Positions 61,027-64,000 of a stretch of 64,000 bases of DNA are shown here, one piece after another. Location: the NCBI GenBank assembly GCA_040377305.1, contig JBEIPA010000001.1, positions 32,001-96,000 on the forward strand, given 5' to 3'. Position numbers and translations under genes: made by a program. Source of the stretch: Flavobacteriales bacterium (GTDB taxonomy: Bacteria > Bacteroidota > Bacteroidia > Palsa-965). Below the pieces are notes generated by a model. It had not been told where the DNA came from and ran no database searches. It saw only the letters and a program-made list of their open reading frames with translations. Every line of letters starts with the position of its first letter. Position 1 is the first letter of the stretch.

Positions 61027-61943
61027 TCGTCAAAGTTAATGCGAGTCGACTTCCATTCCTGCCAATTGGAATCTCCCTCGGTGGATTTCTTGATTGTTCT
61101 TCCATCGAATAGCTTCTTCATGTCCATTGCAAACATCATTGGATAGTGAAAGAGCGGATTGAGGAACCACTTTTTGTGTCTGCTGAAGAAAGGAAGGTTA
61201 TATCCCGGGAATTTTTCAATGCGAAAGTTCTTACGTTCGTCTGCCAGGAACTTTTTAATCTCCGATTTCTGAAAAGCTGCGACCTCAGGGCCCTTCCAAT
61301 CCTGCACGATCTCCATTCCGATGTGGAGCGTGAGATGTTTGTTTGCAAGGACGACACATTTCTCAGCATGCAAGAACAAATTGTGCGCAAGCATGAATCC
61401 AACTCCGGGAGCGCCAACGCAAATATTTCCGAGTGACAATTTATTGATCAACCCCTTTTTCATCACAAAACAATCGTAACCCGGATGTGGTCGACCGGTT
61501 TCGTTGAATAACAGTTCGGGCTTGTTGATCAGCTCCTTCCCTACTCTTCGGCGATTAATCAGGAGTGCATCGCATTTTTCGCTTTCAAGAATTGCGGCAA
61601 CTCCGTCGTAAAACTGAGGAACCGGAATGATATCCATGTTGGACCAAATCACGAAATCACAGTCAGCATTCGCCGCACGATCAAGAATTTCCTTCAGCAG
61701 CGGGAGCTTTGGCGACTTGCTGTTTCCTGAAACAGTTTGAAGATTTGACTGCAAATCGGGTGTTAGTTCCAGTATTGAAGGAACGAGGCCACGATCTTCC
61801 GTAAACTGAGCTGAGAGCAATTTCACTGGTGAACGCGTGTTCTTCGATGCCTTTTCGAGCATAGAAATCGTCAGCACTTGAACAGCACCGAGCTTTCCAT
61901 CAATTGCGTAAGGATTTACTATATGCGCGAATCGCAAGGGCAT
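61023..61943 (-). CDS. Hypothetical GT-A-like protein, paralog B
   Basis: KLP...EIL, FVIWSNMDI, INRRR, HPGYDCFV and LTLHIG motifs; 4-nt overlap with paralog A. Confidence 0.6.
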   Translation of the reverse strand: MPLRFAHIVNPYAIDGKLGAVQVLTISMLEKASKNTRSPVKLLSAQFTEDRGLVPSILELTPDLQSNLQTVSGNSKSPKLPLLKEILDRAANADCDFVIWSNMDIIPVPQFYDGVAAILESEKCDALLINRRRVGKELINKPELLFNETGRPHPGYDCFVMKKGLINKLSLGNICVGAPGVGFMLAHNLFLHAEKCVVLANKHLTLHIGMEIVQDWKGPEVAAFQKSEIKKFLADERKNFRIEKFPGYNLPFFSRHKKWFLNPLFHYPMMFAMDMKKLFDGRTIKKSTEGDSNWQEWKSTRINFDE

Positions 61944-61947
61944 CCCT

Positions 61948-61974
61948 CGAAAGTAGTGTTTTTAGTTAAATTTG
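61948..61974. promoter_or_regulatory. Divergent -7 promoter boxes inside the glycan cluster
   Basis: TACTTTCG on the minus strand (61955-61948) and TAAATTTG on the plus strand (61967-61974). Confidence 0.5.
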
Positions 61975-62056
61975 AACCACACAGGAACATAGGCACATAT
62001 TTGTGCCGCGTGCAGCAGCGATCCTGAATGGTAAGCACATTTCAGACAACAACCCG

Positions 62057-62764
62057 ATGATCATTATCAGTTCAGGTTTTCCTAAGTCGGCAAGTACGCT
62101 GCTATTCCTGTACACTGAATCGTTGATCAATGCCTCCGGAAAATCGAAGGGACAAAAACTGTTTCGTCGAAATAACACAGAAGGGTTTACGCCACACTTC
62201 GGAATATTCAATACGCTGTGGTACGTATTCGCTTCGTTATTTGGACCCGTTGTAATTAAAACTCATTCCGGTCCAACTTTCTTTGTGCGTGCGTTGATTT
62301 CGTTAGGACTTGCAAAGGCGTATTACTCAGTTCGTGATCCACGTGATGCTATGTTATCAGCTATGGATCACGGAGTGAAAGCCAGGACGAATGGAATAAA
62401 ATCAGATTCCGATGTTGCGTTCGCACCTTTTAAACAATGGAAAGATGCTTTGCCTGTTTTTCAAATGCATCAATCGCGATTTGAAGCATGGAAGAATTAC
62501 GGAGAGGTCATTTTCCCCAGATACGAGCTGCTCATGACGCAACCAAAAGTAGAATTGGAGAAAGTCGTGGGGCACCTTGGACGAAATTCCCTGAAGAAAT
62601 ATATTGATATTACCGTCGCAGAATTTCTGCAAAATAAAAGCACGACGAAGAATTTTAATAAGGGAAATGTGTCGCGATACAAAACGGAGTTAAGTGAAAA
62701 TCAAATTTCGGAATTAGAAAATGCATTAGGGTCTTGTGTTGAATCAATGGGGTATTCGAAGTGA
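62057..62764 (+). CDS. Sulfotransferase domain protein
   Basis: SGFPKSAST, IKTH, RDPRD..LS, RYE.L and FNKG...RY motifs; start uncertain (62003 or 62057). Confidence 0.82.
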   Translation: MIIISSGFPKSASTLLFLYTESLINASGKSKGQKLFRRNNTEGFTPHFGIFNTLWYVFASLFGPVVIKTHSGPTFFVRALISLGLAKAYYSVRDPRDAMLSAMDHGVKARTNGIKSDSDVAFAPFKQWKDALPVFQMHQSRFEAWKNYGEVIFPRYELLMTQPKVELEKVVGHLGRNSLKKYIDITVAEFLQNKSTTKNFNKGNVSRYKTELSENQISELENALGSCVESMGYSK

Positions 62765-63519
62765 TTAAAGGACTGCGCTATTACAATGCCTATTTGAAAG
62801 ACAAACGTCTGTTCAAGGAAGCTGGTATTGGAGATCGCGATGTTTTCCTTGCTTCATTTCCGAAATCCGGAAACACCTGGCTACGATACATTCTTGCACG
62901 GGCACTGTATCCTGAATCACAAATCAATCAGGAAAATCTCCAGCACTATTTTCCGACAGTTTACAGAAACTCTACACAAGAAATAAAGAAGCTTTCATCG
63001 CCGCGATACATCAAGACACACTCTGCATTTTTTAGTTTGTACCCGAAGTGCATTTATATTATTCGTGATTATCGTCAGGTTATATTATCAGCGTGGCATC
63101 ATGCGAAGAACAAATCGAACTACATGGGTTCACTTGATGAGTTCGTTGATTCGAAAATGATAAATGCATTCGGGCCATGGTTTTGGCATGTTACGGAAGC
63201 GTTGAACTTTCAAGAGTCGGCTCCGGAAAAAATGTTGATTCTTCGTTACGAATCAATGCTGAGTGATCCCGCAAAGTCTGTGAATGAAATTCTGAAGTTC
63301 ACAAATCTCCAGCCCATAATCCCGGTTGAAGAAATCGTTGAGAAGACGAGTTTTGTGCGACTGCAGACCATGGAGAAACAAGGCGGACAAAACCCTGAAC
63401 AACTATTCTTTCGGTCCGGCACAAATGATGATTGGAAAAAGACGGCGGATTGGGTACTCGAGAATAAGTTATTGGACAAACCAACTCATGAAGTGATGAA
63501 GCGCTGCGGATATATTTAG
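62761..63519 (+). CDS. Sulfotransferase family 1 (SULT-like) protein
   Basis: DVFLASFPKSGNTW, PRYIKTH, YIIRD.R...LS, LRYE and FFRSG...DW motifs. Confidence 0.9.
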   Translation: MIKGLRYYNAYLKDKRLFKEAGIGDRDVFLASFPKSGNTWLRYILARALYPESQINQENLQHYFPTVYRNSTQEIKKLSSPRYIKTHSAFFSLYPKCIYIIRDYRQVILSAWHHAKNKSNYMGSLDEFVDSKMINAFGPWFWHVTEALNFQESAPEKMLILRYESMLSDPAKSVNEILKFTNLQPIIPVEEIVEKTSFVRLQTMEKQGGQNPEQLFFRSGTNDDWKKTADWVLENKLLDKPTHEVMKRCGYI

Positions 63520-63521
63520 AA

Positions 63522-64000
63522 ATGGAAGAGACGACACATATCGGTAAGCGTAACGTCATGGACTTCACCTATGCGTTGTTTGCTTCATCATGTCTTACCA
63601 CGGCTATCATCGGACTCGAATTTGAGAACGGCGGTCCGGCGAAATATGTGCTGCCGTTCATTCCGCTGATTTTCATTTTCACGTATTGGTTTTCAAAGCA
63701 ATTCTCTTACTACGCTATTGCAGCCGGCGCGATAGCCTCCTCCTATTTCTTTTTAGGAGCGATCAACACAATCGCGCTCGTGACTTTAGTTGCGGCTTAT
63801 ATTTTCATTATAACAGCGTTTAAGAAAACCAGTTTACGGATTCTCTGGGCCATTTTTCTTACCGCCGTTCTTGCCGTTCTTCGGATAGGATTTGTGAATT
63901 TGCCGTTCATTCCGCTTGCAGTACCGGTTGTTGGCTCTATGATCATGTTCCGATATGTGTTGATGCTCTATGAACATCACTATGAAAAACCTGAGTCGAC
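63522..64000 (+). CDS. Polytopic membrane protein, possibly an MBOAT-family O-acyltransferase; runs off the right edge
   Basis: Manual translation MEETTHIGKRNVMDFTYALFASSC...PVVGSMIMFRYVLMLYE has about 5 hydrophobic segments. The GSM.MFR...Y segment resembles MBOAT-type proteins, but the catalytic region is not in the window. Confidence 0.5.
   Translation, partial: MEETTHIGKRNVMDFTYALFASSCLTTAIIGLEFENGGPAKYVLPFIPLIFIFTYWFSKQFSYYAIAAGAIASSYFFLGAINTIALVTLVAAYIFIITAFKKTSLRILWAIFLTAVLAVLRIGFVNLPFIPLAVPVVGSMIMFRYVLMLYEHHYEKPES

Overview
A 64-kb chromosomal segment of a Bacteroidota bacterium, judged from TAnnTTTG -7 promoter boxes, T9SS C-terminal sorting domains and a rpsL-rpsG-fusA-rpsJ order without tufA. 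About 1-31.7 kb is a mosaic of secreted or surface proteins (S8 protease cut by the window edge, two T9SS adhesin-like proteins, a TonB-dependent receptor, two paralogous M48 proteases, a cupredoxin lipoprotein) and housekeeping genes (amn, holA, pyrG, AddB-like nuclease, UbiD-family decarboxylase, MFS transporter). It also holds a probable 6S RNA, a ParE-type toxin-antitoxin pair, and a 1.64-kb gene module bounded by a duplicated terminator. About 31.7-54.3 kb is gltA-eno-carA plus the complete str/S10/spc/alpha ribosomal-protein super-operon on the minus strand; rpmJ and rpmD were missed by the ORF track. About 54.4-64 kb is a glycan-tailoring cluster running off the right edge: two KAS III, ACP, SDR, ArnC-like GT2, GNAT, three sulfotransferases, two GT-A-like paralogs and an MBOAT-like membrane protein. 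No tRNA, rRNA, CRISPR array or transposase was seen. The most notable unexplained signals are several families of intergenic inverted or periodic repeats, many predicted near-leaderless transcripts, the acyl/sulfo glycan cluster, the M48 pair and an insertion in bL17. All calls come from reading motifs by eye; no database search was run.
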